A stretch of 64,000 nt of DNA from Bradymonadia bacterium (GTDB taxonomy: Bacteria > Myxococcota_A > Bradymonadia > UBA7976 > UBA1532), in the NCBI GenBank assembly GCA_046290225.1, contig JBKAGE010000053.1, positions 1 to 64,000 of the forward strand, written 5' to 3'. How positions within the stretch are numbered: the stretch's first letter is position 1; every line of letters starts with the position of its first letter. Below the pieces are notes generated by a model. That model ran no database searches and had not been told where the DNA came from. It was given only the letters and a program-made list of their open reading frames with translations. Made by a program: the position numbers and the translations under genes. Shown piece by piece: positions 1 to 9,143 of this stretch.

Positions 1-215
1 GAAAAAATCCTCATGTTCGAGCTGGGCTGGCTCGCCGCTAACCAATCCACCACTACACCAAAAGATGTGTAGGACGATCAGAGCCAGCGGCTACGGCGAG
101 CATTTGTGTGGCCTGCCTGTGCGTGAAATCGCGGCGCAGATGCCCGCTCACAGGGCCGGAGCGCCGGAGCAAAGAATGACCCAGTTTTTAAGGACACATT
201 CAGGCATGCCGTTGC

Positions 216-809
216 ATGAGCACAGCGCTCACACGACAGTTGGAGGCGGTCTTGACTGAAGAGCAGCAGCAACGTGCCAGGCTCGATACGTACCGGAAGG
301 TGTTCACCATTCTGCGTGACAGCACCCAGGGCTTGTATGCCGCCTATGGCGTCGAGTTGGGGAAGCCTCAGAATCGGGTGCCCAACCATCGAGACAAGAT
401 GGGGTTGTCTGCCGTCGTCGGGTTCACGTGCGACAATGTGCAGGGCAACATGTCACTGCTCACCTGCACCTCGGCCTTGATGGCCACGCGGCCCGTCGAA
501 CAGATCGAGGTCGAAGATTGGATCGGCGAGCTGGCCAACCAGCTCAGTGGGCGGATCAAGAACCAGATGTTGCGATATGGCGTCACGCTGCAACTCGCGC
601 CGCCCATCATCTTCTATGGTGATCGGTTGCGGGTGTGGTCCCCACCCGAAGAGATCTCGTTGCGGATGATGTTCGGATCCGACGCTGGTGAGATCGCCGT
701 CACCTTCAGCGCCAGGGCCGTCAGGGGGCAGACCATCGTGCTCGCCGACACGCAGAGCCACATCCAGCGAGAGGGGGAGATCGTCCTCTTCGACCAGCAG
801 GCGATGTAA
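216..809 (+). CDS. cheX: CheX-family chemotaxis phosphatase-like protein
   Basis: SAVVGF..G..SL and DWIGELANQLSGRIKN (ExxN catalytic motif), followed by LAPPIIFYG. Confidence 0.75.
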   Translation: MSTALTRQLEAVLTEEQQQRARLDTYRKVFTILRDSTQGLYAAYGVELGKPQNRVPNHRDKMGLSAVVGFTCDNVQGNMSLLTCTSALMATRPVEQIEVEDWIGELANQLSGRIKNQMLRYGVTLQLAPPIIFYGDRLRVWSPPEEISLRMMFGSDAGEIAVTFSARAVRGQTIVLADTQSHIQREGEIVLFDQQAM

Positions 810-837
810 GAGATCCTCACCCACAAGAGCGCTCAGC

Positions 838-1443
838 TCAGCGGCGCTCGATCTCCTCCGCCGGAGGCAGCTCGTCCATCAAATCTGCGTCGATCGACTC
901 CAGGGGGGCGTCCGTCGCCAGATCCCGGCCGACGCGATCCGCCATCTCGTCCGTCACCCGCATCAGCCAGCGTTTTGGCAGCAGAAAATGGATCGCCAGC
1001 GTGATCGCCGAGGCGAGGTGGAGCACCGCCGCCGTGAGATAGCCTGGCGCCTCTGGCAGCGTGATGATCGTCTCCCGGATGATTTGATACGACGGGGCGC
1101 GATCCATCCAGAGCAGGCCCGAGAGCAGGAGCCCTCCCGTGAGGACCAGCAGGCAGACCGTCAGCATCAGGCGGCGGCCGTGGTAGTAGACGAAAAAATA
1201 CCCCCGTAGAAATGCCGCCAAAAAGAGGTACAACAGGACCCCCATCAGGACATCCGGGCTTTGCCGGCTACGCATCGCCAGCACCACCAGGATCGCGGAG
1301 ATGAGCAGCAGCGTGACACAGACCAGGTTGGCAGGATCGAAGAAGGTCCAGCCCAACACCCCGCTGCCCCCTCGAGGGCGGAGCGCCTCGGCGGTCTCTG
1401 GCGCAGGGGCCGGTGGGGGTGTCTCTTCCGGGGGCAGGGTCAC
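838..1443 (-). CDS. Hypothetical membrane protein with about 4 TM segments
   Basis: C-terminal part of ORF 838..1851; GTG at 1443 preceded by GGGAGA; four hydrophobic stretches. Confidence 0.6.
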   Translation of the reverse strand: MTLPPEETPPPAPAPETAEALRPRGGSGVLGWTFFDPANLVCVTLLLISAILVVLAMRSRQSPDVLMGVLLYLFLAAFLRGYFFVYYHGRRLMLTVCLLVLTGGLLLSGLLWMDRAPSYQIIRETIITLPEAPGYLTAAVLHLASAITLAIHFLLPKRWLMRVTDEMADRVGRDLATDAPLESIDADLMDELPPAEEIERR

Positions 1444-1476
1444 AGCGATCTCCCGGCCATCGAGCAGGGGGTGGGG

Positions 1477-2784
1477 ATGAGCCAGCGACACTCGGGAGGT
1501 CCCGAGCAGGGAGAGGAGCCTAAGACCTCTCCAGCGGCAGTTCAACCGCGCCCTGTCGTCAGCCAGCACGCCGCTGCCTATGCTCAGGCCGAGCACCCGG
1601 AAATGCTCAGCGAAGATCCCGCCGAGGGGACCCGGTACCAGTGGGTCGAGGCCTTCACCGTCTCCACGTGGCCCGTCTGGGTGGCCGTGGTGATGTTGAT
1701 CGTGGTGTGGGCCCTCGCCGTGGTGCTCAGCGAAGGGGTCGATCCGCTCTATCGGGCGTGGCTGTGGGGCGCCAAGGTGCCCGCCCTTGTCGCCGAGGGT
1801 CAGTGGTGGCGTCTGAGCGCCGCCTCGATGTTGCACCTCGAGGTGCAACACCTCGCCCTCAACCTCGTGGGTGTATATGCCCTCGGGCGCCTCGCCGTGG
1901 TGCTCTTCGGGGGCCAGCGGATGTGGGCCGTGCTCATCATCACCGCCGTGGCCGGCACCGTGAGCAGCTGGCTCATCTCGCCAGAGTGGTCTCTCGGGGC
2001 CTCAGGGGGCGTCTTCGGGCTGCTCGGCGCTGTGGGGGCGGCCTTGATTCGCCATCGGCAGCGTGTGCCCGCCGACTTGCGCCCCATGCTGCGGTGGCGG
2101 GTGGTGCCATGGGTGATCCTCGGCTGCGCCGTGATGATCACCCATGGGGGCAACATCGACCATGCCGCCCACCTCGGAGCCCTCGCCGTCGGGGCTCTCG
2201 CCGGGCTCGTGATGCCTGTGATCCCTCTGGGGGCGGCGCGGCAGACGCCGGTGACCCGAGGCGCCCTCGCTGTAGCCGTGGTGATCGTCCTCTATGGTGC
2301 GCTGGGCGCGTGGCTACACCGACAGTCCGTCCTTGAGACCCCCACCTGGTCTCTGAGAGGCAACGGTGGTGCCCCCGCAGCCCAGATCGACATCCCTGAG
2401 CACTGGCTGTCCGGCGAAGCCCTCGACCCGTCGATCTGTGCGCAGGGCTGGACCGATGGCCTGCTCACCCTGTGCGCCGGCCGACTGCCCAGCGTGTCGG
2501 GCATCGCCGAAGCCCGGGGGCGGCTGGTGGCCTACGCTCGCAGCCATGGGCTCAAGCTCGTGCCCGAGGGGGAGAAGGCCACCGCTGGCAGAGGCGGCGG
2601 GTGGGTGCTCGACCTCGAGTTTGCCCCTGCTCAGGGGCAAGGGCGTATTCGGGCGTGGTTGAGGGCTGATCCCCAGGGCGTCGATGTGGTGATGGCGGCC
2701 TTGATCAGCCCCGAGGCCGGCGCTCGGTGGCAGGGCGTGATTCTGGAGCGGGCGAGGACGAGCTTCAGGGCTGACACACCGTGA
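1477..2784 (+). CDS. Rhomboid-family intramembrane serine protease with C-terminal soluble extension
   Basis: QWWRL, HLALN, GASGGVFG (catalytic Ser) and HAAHLG (catalytic His); start uncertain. Confidence 0.85.
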   Translation: MSQRHSGGPEQGEEPKTSPAAVQPRPVVSQHAAAYAQAEHPEMLSEDPAEGTRYQWVEAFTVSTWPVWVAVVMLIVVWALAVVLSEGVDPLYRAWLWGAKVPALVAEGQWWRLSAASMLHLEVQHLALNLVGVYALGRLAVVLFGGQRMWAVLIITAVAGTVSSWLISPEWSLGASGGVFGLLGAVGAALIRHRQRVPADLRPMLRWRVVPWVILGCAVMITHGGNIDHAAHLGALAVGALAGLVMPVIPLGAARQTPVTRGALAVAVVIVLYGALGAWLHRQSVLETPTWSLRGNGGAPAAQIDIPEHWLSGEALDPSICAQGWTDGLLTLCAGRLPSVSGIAEARGRLVAYARSHGLKLVPEGEKATAGRGGGWVLDLEFAPAQGQGRIRAWLRADPQGVDVVMAALISPEAGARWQGVILERARTSFRADTP

Positions 2785-2820
2785 CTTGATCCCTGTGGCC
2801 GCGCGGTGCTACCTCCCCTG

Positions 2821-2863
2821 ATCGTGTACTGCATTCAGACTCAATCCGAATGCAGTACACGAT
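2821..2863. repeat. Perfect 16-bp inverted repeat with an 11-nt loop
   Basis: ATCGTGTACTGCATTC (2821-2836) / GAATGCAGTACACGAT (2848-2863). Confidence 0.9.
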
Positions 2864-2898
2864 GAGTTGCCGATCCGGGCATCCGCCGAAGGCCCTTC

Positions 2899-3669
2899 AT
2901 GTACCGAGACCACCACATCGCTGTCGTCGTCCCTGCGTACCGTGAGGCTCGCCTTCTGCCCGGCACCCTGAGAGGCGTGCCCCACTTCGTCGATCACATC
3001 ATCGTCATCGATGATGGCAGTGACGACGAGACCGCCTCGGTCGGCCATGCCGCGCGACCCGAGGCGGAGACCATCCGTCATGGCGAGAACCAGGGGGTCG
3101 GGGCGGCCATCACCACGGGCTATCTGCGGTCTCTCGAGCTCGGCGCCGACATCGCCGTGGTCATCGGCGCCGACGGGCAGATGGATCCAGCGGAGATGAC
3201 TGCGCTGCTCGACCCGATCGTGGAAGGCCGGGCCGACTACACCAAAGGAGATCGCCTCGGTCATCCGCTGTTGTGGCGGCGTATGCCCTGGCGGCGGATC
3301 TTCGGCAGCTGGGTGCTCACGTGGATGACCCGGGCCGCAAGCGGCCATTGGCAAGTGCGGGACAGTCAGTGTGGCTACACCGCGATCCGCAATCAGACGT
3401 TGGCGGCTTTGCCCCTGCGCTCATTGTACCCACGATATGGGTATCCCAACGACATGCTGATCCGCCTCGGAGAGCTCGGCGCGCGGGTACTCGATCGACC
3501 CATCACCCCCATCTATGGCACCGAAGCCTCGGGGCTGAAGATCCATCGCGTGATGGGCCCCATCGCGTGGCTGATTTGCAAAGGCGGCACCCGTCGGATG
3601 GTGGGCCGACTGAAGCGGCGTCCCCTCGAAGCCCCCCACCCACTGCCCGTGATCCGCGAAGACGCGTGA
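2899..3669 (+). CDS. Glycosyltransferase family 2 (polyprenol-phosphate glycosyltransferase-like)
   Basis: VVVPAYRE, IDDGSDD, NQGVGAA, ADGQMDP, DSQCGY. Confidence 0.9.
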   Translation: MYRDHHIAVVVPAYREARLLPGTLRGVPHFVDHIIVIDDGSDDETASVGHAARPEAETIRHGENQGVGAAITTGYLRSLELGADIAVVIGADGQMDPAEMTALLDPIVEGRADYTKGDRLGHPLLWRRMPWRRIFGSWVLTWMTRAASGHWQVRDSQCGYTAIRNQTLAALPLRSLYPRYGYPNDMLIRLGELGARVLDRPITPIYGTEASGLKIHRVMGPIAWLICKGGTRRMVGRLKRRPLEAPHPLPVIREDA

Positions 3670-4793
3670 AGTCTACCTTGATGATCACCACGGGCTGGCC
3701 GCGCTGGCTCGGTGATTATGCGGGTCACTTCGTCGCCGAGATGGCCTGCGCCCTCGGTGATACCGGAGCACCGGTACATGTGCTGGCCCCGCATGGATCG
3801 TCGCGACATCCGAACGTGCACGTGCAGACGTACGCTGGTGGCCCCTTGCTCGATGGCCAGGGGGCTCCTGAACGCCTCTGGAGCCGTCCCTGGTCGAGTG
3901 TGCCCGCCGCAGGGTGGGCTTCGATACAGCTGGCTCGAGCCAGCCTTAAGTACAGCGCCCAGTGCGAGCGCATCGTCGCTCACTGGCTGGTGCCCTCAGG
4001 GGTGGCTGCTGCCCTCGCTGCGGAGCGGTGGGGCGCGCCAGCCCACGTATATGCCCACGGCAGCGACATGGCGCTCTTGGAGCGCTTACCTGTCGGGCGC
4101 GCTTTGGCGCGTTGGATCGACGGACGGGTGAGCAGCGTCATCTGTGTGAGCGCAGATTTACAACAGCGATGGCGGGCGCTGCTCGGTCGAGCGCCGCGGG
4201 CTGCATGTGGGGTGATCCCCATGGGCGTCACCGTGGGCCCCCGCGGTGATCGTGACCATGTGCGTCGAGCTTTGGGCTTGGGCGATGGTCCTGTCGTGGC
4301 CACTGTGGGGCGTCATGTGCCGCTGAAGGGCTTGAGCGTGCTCATCGACGCCCTCCGCGACACCGACATCGGGTGGCTGGCCATCGGTGATGGCCCGGAG
4401 AAGCTTGCACTTCAGCGCGTTGCCCGTGAGGCAGACGTTGACGTACGGTGGGTGGGGCAGGTGACCCCGGTGGTGAGAGACACGTTGCTCGGGGCTGCAG
4501 ATGTACTGGCGCACCCGACTGTGCCTTCAGCCGGACGCAGCGAAGGGGCCCCTCTGGCGGTGATGGAAGCTTTGACCCTCGGCCTGCCCGTCGTGGCCAG
4601 CGCTGTTGGTGGCATCCCTGAGTGGGCTCGACACGGGGTGGTGACTGTGCCGCCGGATGAGCCCTCAGCACTGAGGCAGGGCCTGAGGTCGGCGATGTCT
4701 GTGTCCGTGTGTCCGGATCCGCGTTGGCGGTGGTCGGAGGTGATCGAGCAACATCGCGCGATGTGGCTCAGCGCCGAGAGACCTCGACGATGA
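3666..4793 (+). CDS. Glycosyltransferase family 4
   Basis: AHGSD, VGRHVPLKG, GDGPE, EGAPLAVMEALTLGLPVVAS (Ex7E); GTG start overlaps the GT2 stop. Confidence 0.85.
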   Translation: MKSTLMITTGWPRWLGDYAGHFVAEMACALGDTGAPVHVLAPHGSSRHPNVHVQTYAGGPLLDGQGAPERLWSRPWSSVPAAGWASIQLARASLKYSAQCERIVAHWLVPSGVAAALAAERWGAPAHVYAHGSDMALLERLPVGRALARWIDGRVSSVICVSADLQQRWRALLGRAPRAACGVIPMGVTVGPRGDRDHVRRALGLGDGPVVATVGRHVPLKGLSVLIDALRDTDIGWLAIGDGPEKLALQRVAREADVDVRWVGQVTPVVRDTLLGAADVLAHPTVPSAGRSEGAPLAVMEALTLGLPVVASAVGGIPEWARHGVVTVPPDEPSALRQGLRSAMSVSVCPDPRWRWSEVIEQHRAMWLSAERPRR

Positions 4794-5478
4794 GGAAGCC
4801 ACCGAAGCGGGCGAGCAGGGTGTGATCCCGGGCGGCGCGCTCGGCGAAGGCGAAGGCCTGCCGGACCACGGGGATGGTGTGTACCTGCGCCACTGGGGTG
4901 AAGACGCGTACACCGTGCAGAGCCTCGATGTTCAGATCGCCGGGCAAGTAGCGTCGCACGTCGCCGAGGCTGTCGTAGCGGGTGTACACCTGATCGTCGG
5001 TGGTGGTCTCGCTCACCTTCTGGGCAGGCTTCAGGCGCTTGATCAAGTAGCGGAGGGAGGCCTTGTTGTAGAACTCCAACAAGGCGCGCCCACCAGGGCG
5101 CAGCACCCGGGCCACCTCGGCCATGGCCTGCTCGATGTCTTCCACGTGGGCGAGCACCTTGAAGCTGAAGACCAGGTCGAAGGACGCGTCGTCGAAGGGC
5201 AGGGCTGTGGCCGAGCCTTCCACCACGTCGAGACCTCTGGCCCGGGCCTGCTCCAGCATGCCCGGGCTTAAATCGAGGCCCACGGCGGAGCGGGCCACCG
5301 GGGCCACCGACTTCAAGATCAGCCCCGTGCCGCAGCCCACCTCGAGCACGTCTCGATCTCGGGCCAGGGGGATCGTCAGATCGCTCTGCAGATGGTCGAG
5401 CAGAGCGTGATAGCCTCGATCGCGTCCACGTTCGTACCAATCAGCAAAGTCGTTGTAGTAGGATCGATTGTCTTTCAT
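4768..5478 (-). CDS. Class I SAM-dependent methyltransferase
   Basis: VLEVGCGTG, GLDLSPGML, LPFDDASFD, LRPGG; ATG at 5478. Confidence 0.9.
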   Translation of the reverse strand: MKDNRSYYNDFADWYERGRDRGYHALLDHLQSDLTIPLARDRDVLEVGCGTGLILKSVAPVARSAVGLDLSPGMLEQARARGLDVVEGSATALPFDDASFDLVFSFKVLAHVEDIEQAMAEVARVLRPGGRALLEFYNKASLRYLIKRLKPAQKVSETTTDDQVYTRYDSLGDVRRYLPGDLNIEALHGVRVFTPVAQVHTIPVVRQAFAFAERAARDHTLLARFGGFLIVEVSRR

Positions 5479-5525
5479 GCGCGTTTCTGTACCTGCGCGC
5501 CGCCCAACCGTCAACGAGGCCCCCT

Positions 5526-7574
5526 GTGTCTGACCAGAGAAAGCCCACTCACCCTCCAGCGCCGCCTGCTGCGGCTTTCACCCCTGCCCCTGCGGGGGCA
5601 GGCGAGGTGACGCGGGTGCAAGGCAACGAGAACGCCACCCTCGTGCATGGCGAAGAGGGCAACCCGGAGCAGGGGAACGACGACAAGACCATCGCTGGTG
5701 GCCCGCCGAGCCACGACGAGCACCTCAAGGGCGAGAATTACGGCAAGTGGGCCGAGCCCACGATCAAGAAGAAGAAAAAAGCCGATCCGATGCTCGGCCG
5801 GACCATCGCCGGCCGCTATGAGGTGCTCGGGATCCTGGGCAAGGGCGGTATGGGGGCGGTCTACAAGGCGCGTCAGCCCTCGGTGCAGCGTCTCATCGCC
5901 CTCAAGGTCTTGCTCAAGGAGTACGCCGAGAACGAGACCATCATCAAACGGTTCCACCAGGAAGCCCTGGCGGCGAGCCGTCTGACGCACCCGAACACCA
6001 TCTCGGTCTACGACTTCGGTCAGACAGAGGACAACATCCTCTACATGGCCATGGAGCTGCTCCGGGGTGAGAGCCTCGCCCGGACCATCGCCCGTGAAGG
6101 GGCCATGGCGCCGAAGCGGGCGATCCACATCATGCGGCAGTGCTGCAAGAGCCTCGCCGAAGCCCACAAGGCGGGGATCATCCACCGCGATCTCAAGCCC
6201 GACAACATCATGCTCACCGAGATCGAAGGGGAGCGGGACTTCGTGAAGGTCCTCGACTTCGGGGTGGCCAAGCTCAAGGAGTACGAGGGCAAAGAGGGCA
6301 CGCTCACTCAGGCGGGCATGATCTTCGGTACGCCGAAGTACATGTCACCAGAGCAGGCCCGGTCCGGTGATCTCGACTCACGGTCCGACGTCTACGCGCT
6401 GGGCATCATGCTCTACGAGATGCTCATGGGGAAGCCGCCTTTCGTCGGTGACAACCCCCTCTCGATCTTGATCGCCCACGTGAACGAGAACCCGCAGTCG
6501 TTCGCCCGGTTCAACCCCGAGGTCTCGGTGCCTGAGCCCCTTGAGCGGGTGGTGCAGAAGGCCATCACCAAGGCGCGCGAGAGCCGGCACCAGTCCGTAG
6601 AGGAGATGCTCCGCGAGCTCGACGCTGTAGACGAGCTGCTCGATGGGGCGACGTACGATGCCGTGGCCTCTCGGCTGCCGGCGAGCGTGCCCGGCGCCGA
6701 TGGCTCACCCTCACTGGCAGGCCCGGCCATCGTGGCACCCATGTCGGACGGTACGGCCCCTGGCCCTGCCCTGGGGCCAGAGCGCGGGGGCACGCTGTTG
6801 CTCGATGACCAGGGCAACGTCATCGATCAGAACCCTATGGAGATCGGCAGCCACACTCAATCGCTCGAAGCTTACGAAGAGCCGGAGCAGCGCGGTGGCC
6901 GTATCGGCTTCCTGGTGGCTGCGGGCCTGGGCTTGCCCGCTGTGGCCTTCGGGGCCTGGCTCTTCACGCAGGGCCCCAGTGACGATCCCGAGAAGCCGCC
7001 CAAGGCCATCGGCCCGGTGGTGGGCGAGGTGCTCGACGCATCGGTGGCCAAGGTGACACCTGACGCAGCCGTGGCTGTCGTTGCGAAGCCCGACGCCGCT
7101 GTCGCTGTGGTTGCGTCGCCTGACGCTGCGGTGGCCAAGGCTGTGCCTGACGCTGCGGTGAAGGTGGCGGCAGAGCCCAAAAAGCCCCGCCCGCCGAAGA
7201 AGGCGACAGAGAAGAAGGCCACCATCAGGGTCACGGGTGGCACGATGGGCGTCACTGTGAAGACGCTCGGCGGCCCCAAGGTGGGTGTCGCGAGCCCGTC
7301 TCTGGGCGTCACGGTGAAGAAGAAGACTCGGTATGTGCTCTCCAAGCCGGGCTACATCGACGCCATCGTCACTGTAGATCCCAAGAAGTCCAAGAGTCTC
7401 TATGAGGTGCGGCTCAAGCCCAAATCAGGCGGCGCACCCATCACCTCCGGGCGTCGGACGTCCGGCCGGCGTGGAGGCACGACGGCCACCACGAACCCCA
7501 TCCGCACGGGGCCGAACCAGACCGACATCGGCCGTGATGGCCGATCGAATCGAGACAATCCTGAAATGCAGTAA
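5526..7574 (+). CDS. Membrane-anchored Hanks-type Ser/Thr protein kinase
   Basis: LGKGGMGAVY, ALKVL, HRDLKPDN, DFG, GTPKYMSPEQ, DVYALG; one TM; PDAAV repeats in the extracellular part. Confidence 0.95.
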   Translation: MSDQRKPTHPPAPPAAAFTPAPAGAGEVTRVQGNENATLVHGEEGNPEQGNDDKTIAGGPPSHDEHLKGENYGKWAEPTIKKKKKADPMLGRTIAGRYEVLGILGKGGMGAVYKARQPSVQRLIALKVLLKEYAENETIIKRFHQEALAASRLTHPNTISVYDFGQTEDNILYMAMELLRGESLARTIAREGAMAPKRAIHIMRQCCKSLAEAHKAGIIHRDLKPDNIMLTEIEGERDFVKVLDFGVAKLKEYEGKEGTLTQAGMIFGTPKYMSPEQARSGDLDSRSDVYALGIMLYEMLMGKPPFVGDNPLSILIAHVNENPQSFARFNPEVSVPEPLERVVQKAITKARESRHQSVEEMLRELDAVDELLDGATYDAVASRLPASVPGADGSPSLAGPAIVAPMSDGTAPGPALGPERGGTLLLDDQGNVIDQNPMEIGSHTQSLEAYEEPEQRGGRIGFLVAAGLGLPAVAFGAWLFTQGPSDDPEKPPKAIGPVVGEVLDASVAKVTPDAAVAVVAKPDAAVAVVASPDAAVAKAVPDAAVKVAAEPKKPRPPKKATEKKATIRVTGGTMGVTVKTLGGPKVGVASPSLGVTVKKKTRYVLSKPGYIDAIVTVDPKKSKSLYEVRLKPKSGGAPITSGRRTSGRRGGTTATTNPIRTGPNQTDIGRDGRSNRDNPEMQ

Positions 7575-7592
7575 GGGGCCGCTGATGGGTGT

Positions 7593-9131
7593 TCAGCGGC
7601 TGCAGGCGGGGGCGCTCACGTTGTAAGCACAACGGAACCCGATGTTCTGCGAGTGCACGTTGAAGCTGTGGCGGGTCGTCGTGCGCAGCTCGCAGGCTTT
7701 CTCCCGGGTGTCCTGGAACTGGCCGCCGCGGAAGCTGAAGTAACCATCGAGCACATCTTCGCGGGCCTCGGTCAGCTTCGGATCCTGCGCCGGTGAGTCG
7801 GCCGTACCGCTCGCCCGGCAGACCCCGGTGAAGAGCGGGCTGCCGCCGTTGTTCACGCAAGCCACTCGGGCCTCGGGCTCCAGGCAGGCGGCGTCGCCGG
7901 TGGTGATGCAGCTGCGCATCGTCTCGTAGCAGCTCTGCAGACACGTGGTCTTGTTGTTTGCCAGATCAGCAAGCTCAGTGACGCACTCGCACAGGCCGAA
8001 GTCGGCGCAGGGCACCGGCGTCATCGGCTCGTCGGGGTTGGCGCAGAAGTTGTCAGCGTCTTCAGCAGAGCAGGGGTCACCCGTCACCGCTACTGGCAGG
8101 CTGTTGGCGCAGGTCTCTTTCGGATCGCGCTCGTCCGAGTCGATCTTGCACTCGTTCTGGCAGACACCGAAGCGATCGAGGCAGCCACCATCGAACTGGT
8201 TGTGACCCGTCTCGCCGCTGGGCACGTCGACGCAGGTCGCGGCGCTTGAGAGTCGCGGCGAGTCACCGGCCATGTCGGCGATGAGCGCGTCCACCTTGGG
8301 CACCGGGAAGCTGCCCTGGTTGCCTTGAGTCTCGTAGAAGTCACCGCGGTTCGCCTCTGCCTGATCAGGATCGCAGTAGGCGAGGAAGTCGAAGCTGTCG
8401 GCCACCCACTCTGCGGCGTTGGAGCCCATCCCGATCACACCCTGCTCGGTGCGATCGTCCGTGGGCGACAGCGCCGGCAGGGGCTCATTGCCCGAGCAGT
8501 TGCCGTAAGCGATGCGGGCCTGGCCGTCGCCAGAGGGGCCACAGCGATCGAGGGCGAGATCAGGGTTCTCCCAGACCGTCGTCCTTGAGGCGTCTCCCCG
8601 GCTGCGAGCGGCGAACTCCCACTCTGCCTCGGTGGGCAGGCGGCCACCGCGGAAGCGACAGTAGGCCTCTGCCTGCTCATGGGTCACCCCGAGCACCGGG
8701 AAGGCGTCATAGGCGTCGTCATCGTTGGAGTAGTACTTCGAGATCGCCCCGGGGCTGCCCGGCTGCCCGGCGCCGGTGGCCTTGGGCTTGGAGCACTCTT
8801 CACGGGCCACGCAGTGACGGTACTGCAGCACCGTCACCTCGTGCTGATCGATGCAGAAGTCGGAGACCGCCACCTCGGTGGTCAGGGTCTCTGACTGCTC
8901 GAAGGCATCGCAGCTCAGGGTGAGGCTGCCGTTGCTGGCCACCGCGGTAACGTCACAGGGATCCGCGTCGGTGGACCCCATGGTGAACTGACCACCCTCG
9001 ATGAAGATGGCGGTGGTGGCCGCTGGTGGATCCTGACCCGCTGCGCAGCCCCCGATGGCGACGCCGGAGAGGGCGAGCAATGCCGCTGGGGTGAGGGAGC
9101 GGGTGGCGAAGCGCTTGATGTGAGTACGCAT
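7593..9131 (-). CDS. FGE/sulfatase-modifying-factor (SUMF1)-family lipoprotein with Cys-rich insert
   Basis: Lipobox AIGGC; GGQFTMGS, IDQHEVT, RLPTEAEWEFAAR, NAAEWVAD, RGG..., IGFRCA. Confidence 0.85.
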   Translation of the reverse strand: MRTHIKRFATRSLTPAALLALSGVAIGGCAAGQDPPAATTAIFIEGGQFTMGSTDADPCDVTAVASNGSLTLSCDAFEQSETLTTEVAVSDFCIDQHEVTVLQYRHCVAREECSKPKATGAGQPGSPGAISKYYSNDDDAYDAFPVLGVTHEQAEAYCRFRGGRLPTEAEWEFAARSRGDASRTTVWENPDLALDRCGPSGDGQARIAYGNCSGNEPLPALSPTDDRTEQGVIGMGSNAAEWVADSFDFLAYCDPDQAEANRGDFYETQGNQGSFPVPKVDALIADMAGDSPRLSSAATCVDVPSGETGHNQFDGGCLDRFGVCQNECKIDSDERDPKETCANSLPVAVTGDPCSAEDADNFCANPDEPMTPVPCADFGLCECVTELADLANNKTTCLQSCYETMRSCITTGDAACLEPEARVACVNNGGSPLFTGVCRASGTADSPAQDPKLTEAREDVLDGYFSFRGGQFQDTREKACELRTTTRHSFNVHSQNIGFRCAYNVSAPACSR

Positions 9132-9143
9132 GATGTCTCCCAC

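Noticed and set aside
2796..2810. TGGCCGCGCGGTGCT as a sigma54 promoter
   Set aside because: GG-GC spacing is 9, not 10
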